64,000 bases of DNA from an uncultured Acidobacteriota bacterium. GTDB lineage: Bacteria > Acidobacteriota > Vicinamibacteria > Vicinamibacterales > 2-12-FULL-66-21. Each line of letters opens with the position of its first letter. The first letter of the stretch is position 1. The position numbers were made by a program, and so were the translations under genes. The DNA is taken from contig CAWIAX010000003.1 in assembly GCA_963834305.1 (NCBI GenBank), forward strand, positions 838,816 through 902,815, in the 5' to 3' direction. Under the pieces are notes generated by a model. The model made no database searches and was not told where the DNA came from. It saw nothing but the letters and a program-made list of their open reading frames with translations. This document shows positions 41,220-49,608 of the stretch, one piece after another.

Positions 41220-42041
41220 ATGGAGCAGCGCCGGCTGCGTCTTGGCGACATTCTGGACGACTACTGTCCGCGTGAGCGCCGCGTGACCAACCACGCGGTC
41301 GTCGCCATGATCGAAGAAGACGTCAAACAGACCCGTTGCACGACGTGCGATGCCGAGCATCCGTACAAGGGCGCCCGCCTGCCCAAGCGGCGGGCGAAAG
41401 AAACACCAGGCTCGCTCTACAAGGAAGTGCTCGCCGGGATGCCCGAGTACGACGCCGACGCCGCGGCGGCCGCCATCGGTGCGCCGGCCCGGGCCGTCAT
41501 GCCGCCGCCCGCCTCGGATGTCGAGCCCGCGGCGCTGATCGCCGCCGGTCCCGCGCCCGCCGAGGGTCGCCGGCCATGCCCAGCTCGAGCGCCGACAGCC
41601 CCGGTCCGGCCGGCGAGCCCTCGGGCCCGGCCGATTTCGAGGACGAGCCGCCGCAGAGCGAAGAGGATGCCGTCGACGGCCCGGTGCACCGCCGGCTCAT
41701 TCGCGCCACGCTGCCGCGCATCGAAGGGCAGAAGGAAGCCCGGCAGATGCCCGAGTTCACCGTGCGCCAGGCACCGCCGCGCGGCAACGGCAACGGCCAC
41801 GCCGGCCAGGGCAATTTCCGCGGCGACCGGATGCGCATGCGGGGCGGCGGCCAGCGGCCAGGGCCACGGCCAGGGCGGGGCCAATGGCAATCGCGGCAAC
41901 GGCGGCGGCGGCCGCTTTCACGGCGGCGGCGGCAATCGGCCGGCAGGTGCCGGGCGGCCCGCCGGCCGCGGCGGTCAGTCCGGATTCCGCAACGGCAACA
42001 GCGGACCGAATGGCAAGCGGGGCCGGGGCTCGCGGGGATAG
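41220..42041 (+). pseudogene. Hypothetical protein: N-terminal CxxC...CxxC zinc-ribbon-like module, acidic linker, RGG/Gly-Asn-Arg-rich tail; 2 frame switches
   Basis: MEQRRLRLGDILDDYCPRERRVTNHAVVAMIEEDVKQTRCTTCDAEHPYKG (ORF 41220). The middle, PSGPADFEDEPPQSEEDAVDGPVHRRLIRATLPRIEGQKEARQMPEFTVRQ, is in the ORF 41336 frame. The tail GANGNRGNGGGGRFHGGGGNR...GFRNGNSGPNGKRGRGSRG is back in the first frame. Confidence 0.55.
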
Positions 42042-42159
42042 CCCCGGTTCCGCCCCATCTCCTGAAGCGGGCCTGCGCCAGCCGGTTCCGCGCCCGCGCC
42101 CGGCAGCCCCTCCAGCCGACTCCCTTTTCACGCTCGCTCCCGACACGTAAAGTAGACGT

Positions 42160-42939
42160 ATGACTGACCTGACTGGCAAGACCGGCCTCGTCGTTGGCGT
42201 GGCGAACAAGCGGTCCATCGCGTGGGCGATCGCCGACGCGGCGGCGAAAGCCGGCGCCCGGCTGGCCATCACCTACCAGGGGGAGCGCCTCGAGGAGAAC
42301 GTCCGCGAGCTCTCGGCCGGGTTGCAGAGTCCACTCATCCTGCCCTGCGACGTGACCGACGACGGGCAGATTGCCAGGGTGTTCGAGGCTATCGACAAGG
42401 AGTTCGGCGGGCTCGACTTCGTCGTGCACGGCGCCGCGTTCGCGCCGCGGGAGGAGCTGGCCGCGGGCTTCCCGTTCGTGCAGACCTCGCGCGAGGGCTT
42501 CCGCCTCACGCTCGACGTCAGCGCCTATTCGCTCATCGCCCTCGCCCGCGGCGCGGCGCCGCTCATGGAACGCGGCGGGGGCGGCAGCATCGTCACGCTG
42601 ACCTACCTGGGTAGCGAGAGGGTCTTCCAGAACTACAACGTGATGGGTGTGGCCAAGGCGGCGCTCGAAGCGTCGGTGCGCTATCTGGCCGCCGATCTCG
42701 GACCCCGGAACATCCGCGTGAACGCCATCTCGGCCGGGCCGATCAAGACGCTGGCGGCGTCGGGCATCTCCGGTTTTTCCAGCATCCTGCAGGTGTATCG
42801 CGAGCGCGCGCCGCTGCGCCGCACGGTTGAAACAGCAGAGGTAGCGGAGGCCGCCCTGTTCCTGCTTGGTCCCGGCGGTCGCGGCATCACCGCCGAGGTC
42901 CTGATGGTGGATGCGGGCTATCATGCCACCGGCATGTAG
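42160..42939 (+). CDS. fabI: Enoyl-[acyl-carrier-protein] reductase (NADH)
   Basis: 259 aa, intact. GLVVGVANKRSIAWAIA, FVVHGAAFAP, YNVMGVAKAALEASVRYLA (catalytic Y...K) and ISAGPIKTLAASGI. Confidence 0.9.
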   Translation: MTDLTGKTGLVVGVANKRSIAWAIADAAAKAGARLAITYQGERLEENVRELSAGLQSPLILPCDVTDDGQIARVFEAIDKEFGGLDFVVHGAAFAPREELAAGFPFVQTSREGFRLTLDVSAYSLIALARGAAPLMERGGGGSIVTLTYLGSERVFQNYNVMGVAKAALEASVRYLAADLGPRNIRVNAISAGPIKTLAASGISGFSSILQVYRERAPLRRTVETAEVAEAALFLLGPGGRGITAEVLMVDAGYHATGM

Positions 42940-43011
42940 CTTGCTAACTCGTGACCAGAGGACGGCTCATCCGCGCCCTGTCGGCCGCGCCGCCGTTCCG
43001 GAGGCAGTTCG

Positions 43012-43323
43012 ATGCAGAAGAAGTACAACCCGCTCACAGTGTTCCTGCTCGCGATCACGCTCATCGCTCCGCTCGTGCTCGCGGGATGTGGCAAGACCGT
43101 CGGCGAAACGATCGACGATGCGACGATCACGACCCGCGTGAAGACGTCGCTGCTGAACGACCCCGATATCGGTGGCATGCGCATCGACGTGGACACGTTC
43201 AAGGGAGTCGTCACGCTGTCCGGCCGTGTGAGGAGCAAGGACGAGGAAGCGAAGGCTCTTGCCGTTGCCCGGAAGATCAGCGGCGTCGCCGAAGTGAAGT
43301 CGACGCTGCAGATCGAACCCTGA
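43012..43323 (+). CDS. BON-domain lipoprotein (OsmY-like)
   Basis: 103 aa. Lipobox LVLAGCG. BON pattern DDATITTRVKTSLLNDPDIGGMRIDVDTFKGVVTLSGRVRSKDEEAKALAVARKISGVAEVKSTLQI. Confidence 0.8.
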   Translation: MQKKYNPLTVFLLAITLIAPLVLAGCGKTVGETIDDATITTRVKTSLLNDPDIGGMRIDVDTFKGVVTLSGRVRSKDEEAKALAVARKISGVAEVKSTLQIEP

Positions 43324-43380
43324 CCTCAGGCCGCTCGGTGCTCGGCCCCAGCACGATGCCCGCGCGCTCGTGCTGGGCGC

Positions 43381-44056
43381 CTACCACTCTTCTATCCTGA
43401 TCCGCCGCCGCTCGATCCCGAGATCGAGCAGCATGCGCGGCACCTCGTCCACCATCGCGGCCGGCCCGCACACGAAGCACAGCGTCTCCGGAGTTTCGAT
43501 CAACGGCGCCAGCCGGGCCGGCGTGATGCGCCCCTGTTCGCCGCGCCACCCGTCCGCCTCGCGCGTCGCGGTCAGCGCCAGTTCGCAGCCGCCCCTCCCG
43601 CGCGTAGCGCCGCAGCTCGGCCAGGTAGGCGAAGTCGCGCGGCGTGCGGGCGCTGTAGAGGAGATGGAGACGGCCGCGCTGCCCGGCCTGGTAGGCGTGG
43701 CAGATCATCGAGCGCAGCGGCGCGATCCCGGTGCCCCCCGCCACGAACAGGAAGTGGCGCTCTTCCGGCCGCGGCGGAAAGACGAACCCGCCGACCGGCC
43801 CCTCGACCACCAGCCGGGAGCCCCGGCGCAGCGCCGCGAGGTGCGCACCCCAGGCGTCCGGCTCCACCTTCAGCAGGAACTCGAGCCACCCGTGCGCCTC
43901 GGTCTCTTCCGGGGCCGAGGCGATCGAATAGGGATACCGCGCGGGGTCACCGGGGGCGCCGAGCAGCGCCGCCTGTCCGGCAGTGTAAGGGAACCTGGCT
44001 CCCTCGAGGGCGAGCCGGACGATCCGCGTCGCAGGCGTCGCGCGCCGGATGCTCAC
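43381..44056 (-). pseudogene. Ferredoxin-NADP reductase-like FAD/NAD(P)-binding oxidoreductase, one frame switch
   Basis: GTG 44056. FAD motif RYPYSIAS and NAD motif FLFVAGGTGIAPLRSM. After about 43585-43590 my translation in another frame gives LALTATREADGWRGEQGRITPARLAPLIETPETLCFVCGPAAMVDEVPRMLLDLGIERRRIRIEEW*, ending at TAG (43381-43383). Confidence 0.75.
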
Positions 44057-44059
44057 GAC

Positions 44060-44240
44060 GGGGAGGGAGAAAGAGGTCAGGGGGTTCAGAGGTTCAAGGT
44101 GCAGGGTTCAGGGTTCTGGGTTCACGGTTCAGGGTTCACCGTTCACCCTCCCGTTCAAGGTTCATTATCACGGACATCGCACCAAGAACCCTGCACCTTG
44201 AACCCGAACCTTGCACCCTGCACCCTGCACCCTGAACCTT
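44060..44240. repeat. Inverted pair of tandem heptanucleotide arrays (GGGTTCA/GGGTGCA units and their complement)
   Basis: The head is GGGGAGGGAGAAAGAGG (44060-44076). About 9 units follow: GGGTTCA AGGTTCA AGGTGCA GGGTTCA GGGTTCT GGGTTCA CGGTTCA GGGTTCA CCGTTCA (44082-44145). After a spacer of about 39 nt come about 8 complementary units: GAACCC TGCACCT TGAACCC GAACCT TGCACCC TGCACCC TGCACCC TGAACCT (44185-44239). The last unit abuts the stop codon of the upstream minus-strand gene. Confidence 0.85.
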
Positions 44241-46741
44241 CAGAGAATCCCCGCGGCGGCCCGCTGGATGTCGCTCTCGGTCAGCTCGCGTTGTGATGAG
44301 GCGGGGGCGGCCAGCTCGGGTGACGGGGCGCTGCGGCCGCCGGTCCGGCCGGAGCGGCGTTTGCGGTTGGCCTTGTCCTGGTACATCCGGTTGTCGGCGG
44401 TGGCCAGCAGGGCCTCGTAGGTGTCGCCGTCCTGGGGGAACACGGCGGTGCCGAGGCTGATGCCGAGGGGCAGGCGCTTGCCGGGGCGCCCCTCGAAGTA
44501 GACCTCGTCCACTGCCTGCTGCAGCTCGAGCCGCTTCTGCTCGGCTTCGTCGGCGCCGCAGCCGGACAGCACCACGATGAACTCGTCGCCGGCGTAGCGG
44601 ACGCAGATGTCGTAGGGGCGGATGCCGGCGCGCAGGACCCGTGCGATCTCGACGAGCGCGCGGTCGCCGACGTGGTGGCCGTGGTTGTCGTTGATCTCCT
44701 TGAAGTGGTCGAGGTCCATGACCATCAGCGAGAGCTCGCCTTTGAGGCGCTCGGCGCGCGCCAGCTCGCGCGACAGGTGCATGAACATGAAGCGCGTGTT
44801 CGGCAGCCCGGTCAGCGTGTCGGTGAGCGAGTCCTCCTGCGTCTGCTCGAACAGCATCGAGTTGTTGATGACCGCGGCCGCCTGCTCCGACACCCGGTCG
44901 AGCAGCCGGCGGTGATCGTCGCGGTAGAACGCGGCGTCGACGTGATAGACCGACAGCGTGCCGATGAAGCGGTCGTTGAACATCAGCGGGCAGACGAGCG
45001 CCGACTGCAGGTTGGTCGTGGCCGACATGCCGGTGGCCTCGAAGTCGGCGCTGGGCCGGGCGTTGACGAGCGGCCGGCGGTTCCGCGCCACCCACCCCGT
45101 GAGTCCCTCGCCCGAGCGCACGGTGACGCGGTTGATCAGCTCGGCGTCGGTGCCGGTCGCGAAGCGGCAGCGCAGCATCTCGGTCTCCTCGTCGAAGAGG
45201 AACAGCGCCGCGCAGGAGAACGGCACCAGGTTGCTCAGCTTCGCCGAGATCAGCGCCATCGTGTCCGAGATGCCGAGGCTGGTGCCCATCGCCTGCGCGA
45301 TCTCGTAGAGCGCGTAGATTTCGCGGTGCGCCAGCGCGATGTCGTCGAAGACGTTCTTCTTGCTCGGCTCCGGCGTCAGCCCGGTCGCCGGCTGCCCGCG
45401 CTCGGGCTGCGCGGCCGGCTCCGGCTTCCGCATCGCCTGCTCCAGCCTGGTGGCTTCCTCCTGCAGCCCCGGGATCAGCTCGACGAACTTGGCGACCACG
45501 GTCGGGTCCAGTCCCTTGCCGGCCTCCTGCTGCAGCAGGCCGATGGCGGCGTCGAAGCCCATCGCCTTGTGGTAGGGACGCTCCGCCATCAGCGCGTCGA
45601 AGTAGTCCACGACCGACAGGATGCGCGCCCCGAGCGGAATGTCGTTGGCCTTCAGGCCGGACGGATACCCCTTGCCATCCCACCGCTCGTGGTGGCTGAG
45701 GATGAGCGGCGCCACCGGATAGGGGAAGGGGACCGAGCTGACGATGTCGGCGCCCACCTTGGGATGGGCGCGGATCTTCTGGAACTCCTCCGGCGTCAGC
45801 GGTCCGGGCTTCGACAGGATGTGCTCGGGCACGGCAAGCTTGCCGATGTCGTGCAGCAGGGCCGCGGTCTTCACGCCCTGGATCTCGTTGTCGTTCATCC
45901 CCAGCGCGCCCGCCACCGCCGTCGCGTACATCTGGACGCGGCGGATGTGCGACTGGGACGTCTGGTCCTTGGCGTCGATCGCCAGCGCCAGCGCCTCGAT
46001 CGTCGCCAGGTGCAGGTCCGCCATCTCCCGCACGTGCCGCTGCTCGTCGTCGATGCGGCCGAGGTAGACCTTGTAGGTGCGGTAGGTCAGGTAGAGCGGC
46101 GCGGTGAGGAGCACGGCCAGCCAGTGCGCGTGGTCCACCACCATCCAGGCGGACACCGCCGCGACGCCGGCGCCGACGAAGTAGCTCGGCGCGCTCCACA
46201 GGAAGTTCTCGTTCCACACCCGCAGCACCGACTGCCGCGTGGACAGCGCGATCGCCGTGGCAATGGTCAGCGTGTTGATGACGAAGTAGGCGGTGGCGGC
46301 GCCGACCAGCGGCTGCGCAATCCTGTGCCAGTCGAACGTGCCCGGCACGCCGCCGAGCAGGATGTAGATGTGGCCGGCCGCCTGCACGGTCACGATCAGG
46401 CACGCCATGCTGAACAGCGTGCGATGGATCGGGTTCCGCTCCTTGATCCGGAACGTGCACTGGCTGTACGCGCTCGCCGCTGCCACCACCATCGTCTCGT
46501 TGGGGCCGAGGAGGAGGAGCGAGGCGAAGTCCACGGCGTACGAGACGGACATCGTCGACCCGCTGCGGACGAGCGGCAGGTTGACCTTGAACACCGAGGT
46601 GATCGAGGACAGCGAGAGCAGGAGCAGGAACAGCCACGGCGTGCCGAAGGTCTCGAGCGGAAAAAAGACGACGAGCAGGATGGCGCCGAGCGCGATCGCC
46701 CCGCCGACGTAGAGCCGCGCCGCAAGCGGCAGGCTGGTCAT
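44240..46741 (-). CDS. Polytopic membrane signalling protein: N-terminal multi-TM domain + HD-GYP phosphodiesterase + GAF + GGDEF-type (AGDEF) diguanylate cyclase domain
   Basis: ATG 46741 overlaps the S8 gene stop (ATGA). About 7-8 TM helices. HD-GYP motifs LLHDIGKLAVPEHIL and HHERWDGKGYPSGL. A GAF-like middle region. GGDEF domain with MDLDHFKEINDNHGHHVGD and RYAGDEFIVVL. The protein is 833 aa and intact. Confidence 0.9.
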   Translation of the reverse strand: MTSLPLAARLYVGGAIALGAILLVVFFPLETFGTPWLFLLLLSLSSITSVFKVNLPLVRSGSTMSVSYAVDFASLLLLGPNETMVVAAASAYSQCTFRIKERNPIHRTLFSMACLIVTVQAAGHIYILLGGVPGTFDWHRIAQPLVGAATAYFVINTLTIATAIALSTRQSVLRVWNENFLWSAPSYFVGAGVAAVSAWMVVDHAHWLAVLLTAPLYLTYRTYKVYLGRIDDEQRHVREMADLHLATIEALALAIDAKDQTSQSHIRRVQMYATAVAGALGMNDNEIQGVKTAALLHDIGKLAVPEHILSKPGPLTPEEFQKIRAHPKVGADIVSSVPFPYPVAPLILSHHERWDGKGYPSGLKANDIPLGARILSVVDYFDALMAERPYHKAMGFDAAIGLLQQEAGKGLDPTVVAKFVELIPGLQEEATRLEQAMRKPEPAAQPERGQPATGLTPEPSKKNVFDDIALAHREIYALYEIAQAMGTSLGISDTMALISAKLSNLVPFSCAALFLFDEETEMLRCRFATGTDAELINRVTVRSGEGLTGWVARNRRPLVNARPSADFEATGMSATTNLQSALVCPLMFNDRFIGTLSVYHVDAAFYRDDHRRLLDRVSEQAAAVINNSMLFEQTQEDSLTDTLTGLPNTRFMFMHLSRELARAERLKGELSLMVMDLDHFKEINDNHGHHVGDRALVEIARVLRAGIRPYDICVRYAGDEFIVVLSGCGADEAEQKRLELQQAVDEVYFEGRPGKRLPLGISLGTAVFPQDGDTYEALLATADNRMYQDKANRKRRSGRTGGRSAPSPELAAPASSQRELTESDIQRAAAGIL

Positions 46742-48087
46742 GGCTGGACCTCGGCGCCGGCCGACTGGGCGAGCAGGATCGCGCCGCGTGCGTCCAGGAA
46801 GCCGGCGCCCTGTGCGCTCGAGCCGTACCGCGCGTCGGCGACGGCTGTGGCGCGCAGGATCGCCTTGACGGCGTCGGGATCCAGCCCGGGGTTCGCCTCG
46901 AGCATCAGCGCCACGGTGCCGGCGACGACCGGCGCGGCCATGCTCGTGCCGCTGAGGCTCAGGTAAGGCTCGACCGCCGTGGCCGCCGTGCCCCACCGCC
47001 TCGCGGACGGCCGCGTGACGAACAGCGTACTGCCGGCATCGGCAAGCGACTCGATACCGACGCCGGGCGCCACGAGATCGGGCTTGGCCGCCCGGTCGAT
47101 GGCGCTGGGCCCGCGCGAGCTGAACGGCGCGATGGTGTCGTCGCCGCGTTCGACCGTCCCGTTGTGGTTCGATGCGCCGACGGTCAGGACCCACGGCGCG
47201 TTGCCGGGCGCCGTGATGCCGCCGCCGCCCGCCTCCGGGCGTGGGCGCCCCAGGTTGCCGGCCGCCGTGACGACTACGATGCCGGCGTCGGCGGCGCGAA
47301 GGGCGGCAAGCGTCAGCGGGTCGGTCCAGTAGGATTCGGAAACGGCCGCCGCGACCGACAGGTTGATCACGCGGATGTTGAAGGATGCCCGCCGGTCGAT
47401 CGCATAGTCGATCGCCGCGATCGCATCGCTGATGTAGCCCTCGCCCCGCGCATCGAGCGCCCGCAGGACGACGAGGTGGGCGCCGGGCGCGATGCCCCGC
47501 CGCTCCCCGCCCGAGTCGTGGCCGTTGCCCGCGATGATGCCCGCCACGTGCGTGCCGTGGCCGTAGCCATCGTGCGGCGCCGCGGCCGCCTCGACGAAAT
47601 CCGCGAAATGCACGACCTGGTTGCCGCCGAGGTCGTCGTGGGCCCGGGTCACGCCGGAGTCGATGATGGCGACGCCGATGCCGGTCCCGTCGAAGCCCAG
47701 GTTCTCCGTCACCCAGCGGGCGCCGATCGCCGCCGCGGTGCGGTCGAGCGCGCCGCGCAGCGGCCGGTCCACGGTGACGGCCTCGACGTCACGCCGTCCC
47801 GACAGCGCGGCCAGGTCGCTCTGCGCGACCTCCGCCACCACCGCCCGGCCGCCGGCCAGCCGCCGGCCTGTCCGGCCGCCCGTCGCGCTGATGGCGCGTT
47901 CGACAGCTGCGGCGTTGGTCGTCCGGACGATGACGCGCACCCATCCGCCGGGCGCCCGTGGTCCCGTCGGCGCCGCGAGCGCCGGCTCCGGCGCCGCCGC
48001 GCGGACGTGCGCCTGCCGGCCCGATGCAGGTGGGAGCACCAGGGTCAGGAGCAACGCGGCGAGCACGAAAGGCGCGGATCTGGCCAT
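46738..48087 (-). CDS. Secreted S8 (subtilisin-family) serine peptidase
   Basis: ATG 48087 gives the signal peptide MARSAPFVLAALLLTLVLPPASG. Catalytic triad contexts: VAIIDSGV (D), HGTHVAGIIAG (H), LSGTSMAAPVVAG (S). Confidence 0.85.
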   Translation of the reverse strand: MARSAPFVLAALLLTLVLPPASGRQAHVRAAAPEPALAAPTGPRAPGGWVRVIVRTTNAAAVERAISATGGRTGRRLAGGRAVVAEVAQSDLAALSGRRDVEAVTVDRPLRGALDRTAAAIGARWVTENLGFDGTGIGVAIIDSGVTRAHDDLGGNQVVHFADFVEAAAAPHDGYGHGTHVAGIIAGNGHDSGGERRGIAPGAHLVVLRALDARGEGYISDAIAAIDYAIDRRASFNIRVINLSVAAAVSESYWTDPLTLAALRAADAGIVVVTAAGNLGRPRPEAGGGGITAPGNAPWVLTVGASNHNGTVERGDDTIAPFSSRGPSAIDRAAKPDLVAPGVGIESLADAGSTLFVTRPSARRWGTAATAVEPYLSLSGTSMAAPVVAGTVALMLEANPGLDPDAVKAILRATAVADARYGSSAQGAGFLDARGAILLAQSAGAEVQP

Positions 48088-48112
48088 AGGCGGATCGGGA
48101 CACCGCTCACCA

Positions 48113-48129
48113 TGCAATTCGGCCGCCCG
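48113..48129 (-). promoter_or_regulatory. Candidate sigma54 (-24/-12) promoter upstream of the S8 peptidase gene
   Basis: The minus strand reads GGGCGGCCGAATTGCA: GG-N10-GC spacing with a perfect -12 TTGCA and a partial -24 (GGGCGG versus TGGCAC). It lies about 25-40 nt upstream of ATG 48087 and directly downstream of a sigma54 activator gene. The match is weak. Confidence 0.3.
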
Positions 48130-48273
48130 TCTTTCGAAGTGAGCCGAGGGGCGTAAGTGGCTGGTCTTTCTGCGCTTACGCAGGTTGGCGACCGTTCCGG
48201 GCGCGCACAATTCTGACATCGAATGTCCCGTTCTGGAACAGTCAACGTGCAAAAAGACGTCAGGCGTGCGCGG

Positions 48274-49608
48274 CTAGGTGGTGGCTTTCGCTGGCGTGAC
48301 GCTGGCGTCGAGGCCGTATTCGACGATCTTGCGGTAGAGAGTCCCGCGGCTGATCTCGAGGACCGCGGCCGCCTGCTTCTTGTTCCAGTTCACGCTCTCG
48401 AGCACCCGGATGATGTGCCCGCGTTCCGCTTCCGCGAGGCTCGGCAGGCGGCCGCCGGCGGCTTCGACGGGGGCCTCGCTGGCGTGCAGGAACTCGATGT
48501 CGCCGGGGCGGATCACGCGGCCCGGCGACGACAGCGCCGCGCGCGACACCGTGCTCTCGAGCTCGCGGATGTTCCCCGGCCAGTGATATTGCAGCATCAG
48601 GTCCATCCCCTCTTTCGAGAAGGACTTGCCGTCGAGGGCGAGACCGTTGCCGGCGCAGTAGCGGGCCAGGAAGCGCCCGGCGAGCACCGGAATGTCCGTC
48701 GCCCGTTCGCGCAGCGAGGGCAGGCGGATGGAGAAGGCATTGACCCGGTAATACAGGTCCTCGCGGAAGCGCGAATCCCGCACGAACTGGTCGAGCGGCC
48801 GGTTCGTCGCGGAGATGAGCCTGAAGTTGACGTCGATCGGCGTGTTGCCGCCGAGGCGCTCGAAGCGGCGCTCCTCGAGCACCCGCAGGAGCTTGGCCTG
48901 CGCCACGATCGACATGTCGCCGATCTCGTCGAGGAAGAGCGTGCCGTTGTTCGCCAGCTCCAGCCGCCCCGGCTTGCGGTCGTAGGCGCCGGTGAAGGCC
49001 CCTTTCTCGTAGCCGAAGATTTCCGACTCGAACAGCGTATCGGGCAGCGCCGCGCAGTTCACCGCCTGGAACTTGTTGGTGCCGCGCCGGCTCAGCTCGT
49101 GGATCATCCGCGCCACGACCTCCTTGCCGGACCCGGTCGGGCCGAGGATGAGGACCGAGATATCCGACTTGGCCGCCGTGCGGATCCATTCGAAGATGAC
49201 CAGCATCTTCTCGTCGCGGCCGATCATTTCGCGGAAGCGCTGGACGGCGGGGGAGCGGTCCTCGTGGCTGACCGTGGCGCGCCGTTCGAGGAACTGGTCG
49301 AGCAGGTCGCGCACGAGCTCGCTGTCGGGCTGGGCGTGGGCGTAGCGCGGGGTGCCGGGCCCCGCGACCCGGTGGGCCAGGCCGAATCCGGCGAGCTCCC
49401 GAACGCAGTTCTCGACGTCGAGCCGCATCCGGCCGAACGTCTGCATCAGCGCCTCGATCTCGAAGGACTCGTCCGGCCTGGCGCACAGGAAGCGGAGCAG
49501 CGCCGCGCGCAGCGGCGACTGCACGAGCGCCTGGAAGCGGGACTCCACTTCCGGCCCGTCAATCCGGCGGCCGCTCACGATCACGTTCTCGACATTGGTC
49601 GGCATCAT
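48274..49608 (-). CDS. Sigma54-dependent transcriptional activator (bacterial enhancer-binding protein) without receiver domain
   Basis: ATG 49608 overlaps the stop of the upstream PH gene (ATGA). AAA+ core: Walker A LGPTGSGKEVVA, GAFTGA loop (YEKGAFTGAY), Walker B LFLDEIGDM, and WPGNIRELES. C-terminal Fis-type HTH AAAVLEISRGTLYRKI. The N-terminal about 125 aa is not a REC domain. Confidence 0.9.
   Translation of the reverse strand: MMPTNVENVIVSGRRIDGPEVESRFQALVQSPLRAALLRFLCARPDESFEIEALMQTFGRMRLDVENCVRELAGFGLAHRVAGPGTPRYAHAQPDSELVRDLLDQFLERRATVSHEDRSPAVQRFREMIGRDEKMLVIFEWIRTAAKSDISVLILGPTGSGKEVVARMIHELSRRGTNKFQAVNCAALPDTLFESEIFGYEKGAFTGAYDRKPGRLELANNGTLFLDEIGDMSIVAQAKLLRVLEERRFERLGGNTPIDVNFRLISATNRPLDQFVRDSRFREDLYYRVNAFSIRLPSLRERATDIPVLAGRFLARYCAGNGLALDGKSFSKEGMDLMLQYHWPGNIRELESTVSRAALSSPGRVIRPGDIEFLHASEAPVEAAGGRLPSLAEAERGHIIRVLESVNWNKKQAAAVLEISRGTLYRKIVEYGLDASVTPAKATT

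Noticed and set aside
22478-43600. Programmed ribosomal frameshifting or recoding as the explanation for the frame switches
   Set aside because: There are far too many events, in unrelated genes, and in both directions. I noticed no common slippery heptamer or downstream structure. Several events are explained by one-base homopolymer length differences.
44082-44239. CRISPR array or tRNA-like elements (the GGTTCA units resemble the T-arm GGTTCRA)
   Set aside because: The units are 7 nt and contiguous, with no spacers, so this is not CRISPR. I could not draw a cloverleaf, acceptor stem or anticodon arm, so this is not a tRNA. I classed it as a simple tandem/inverted repeat.
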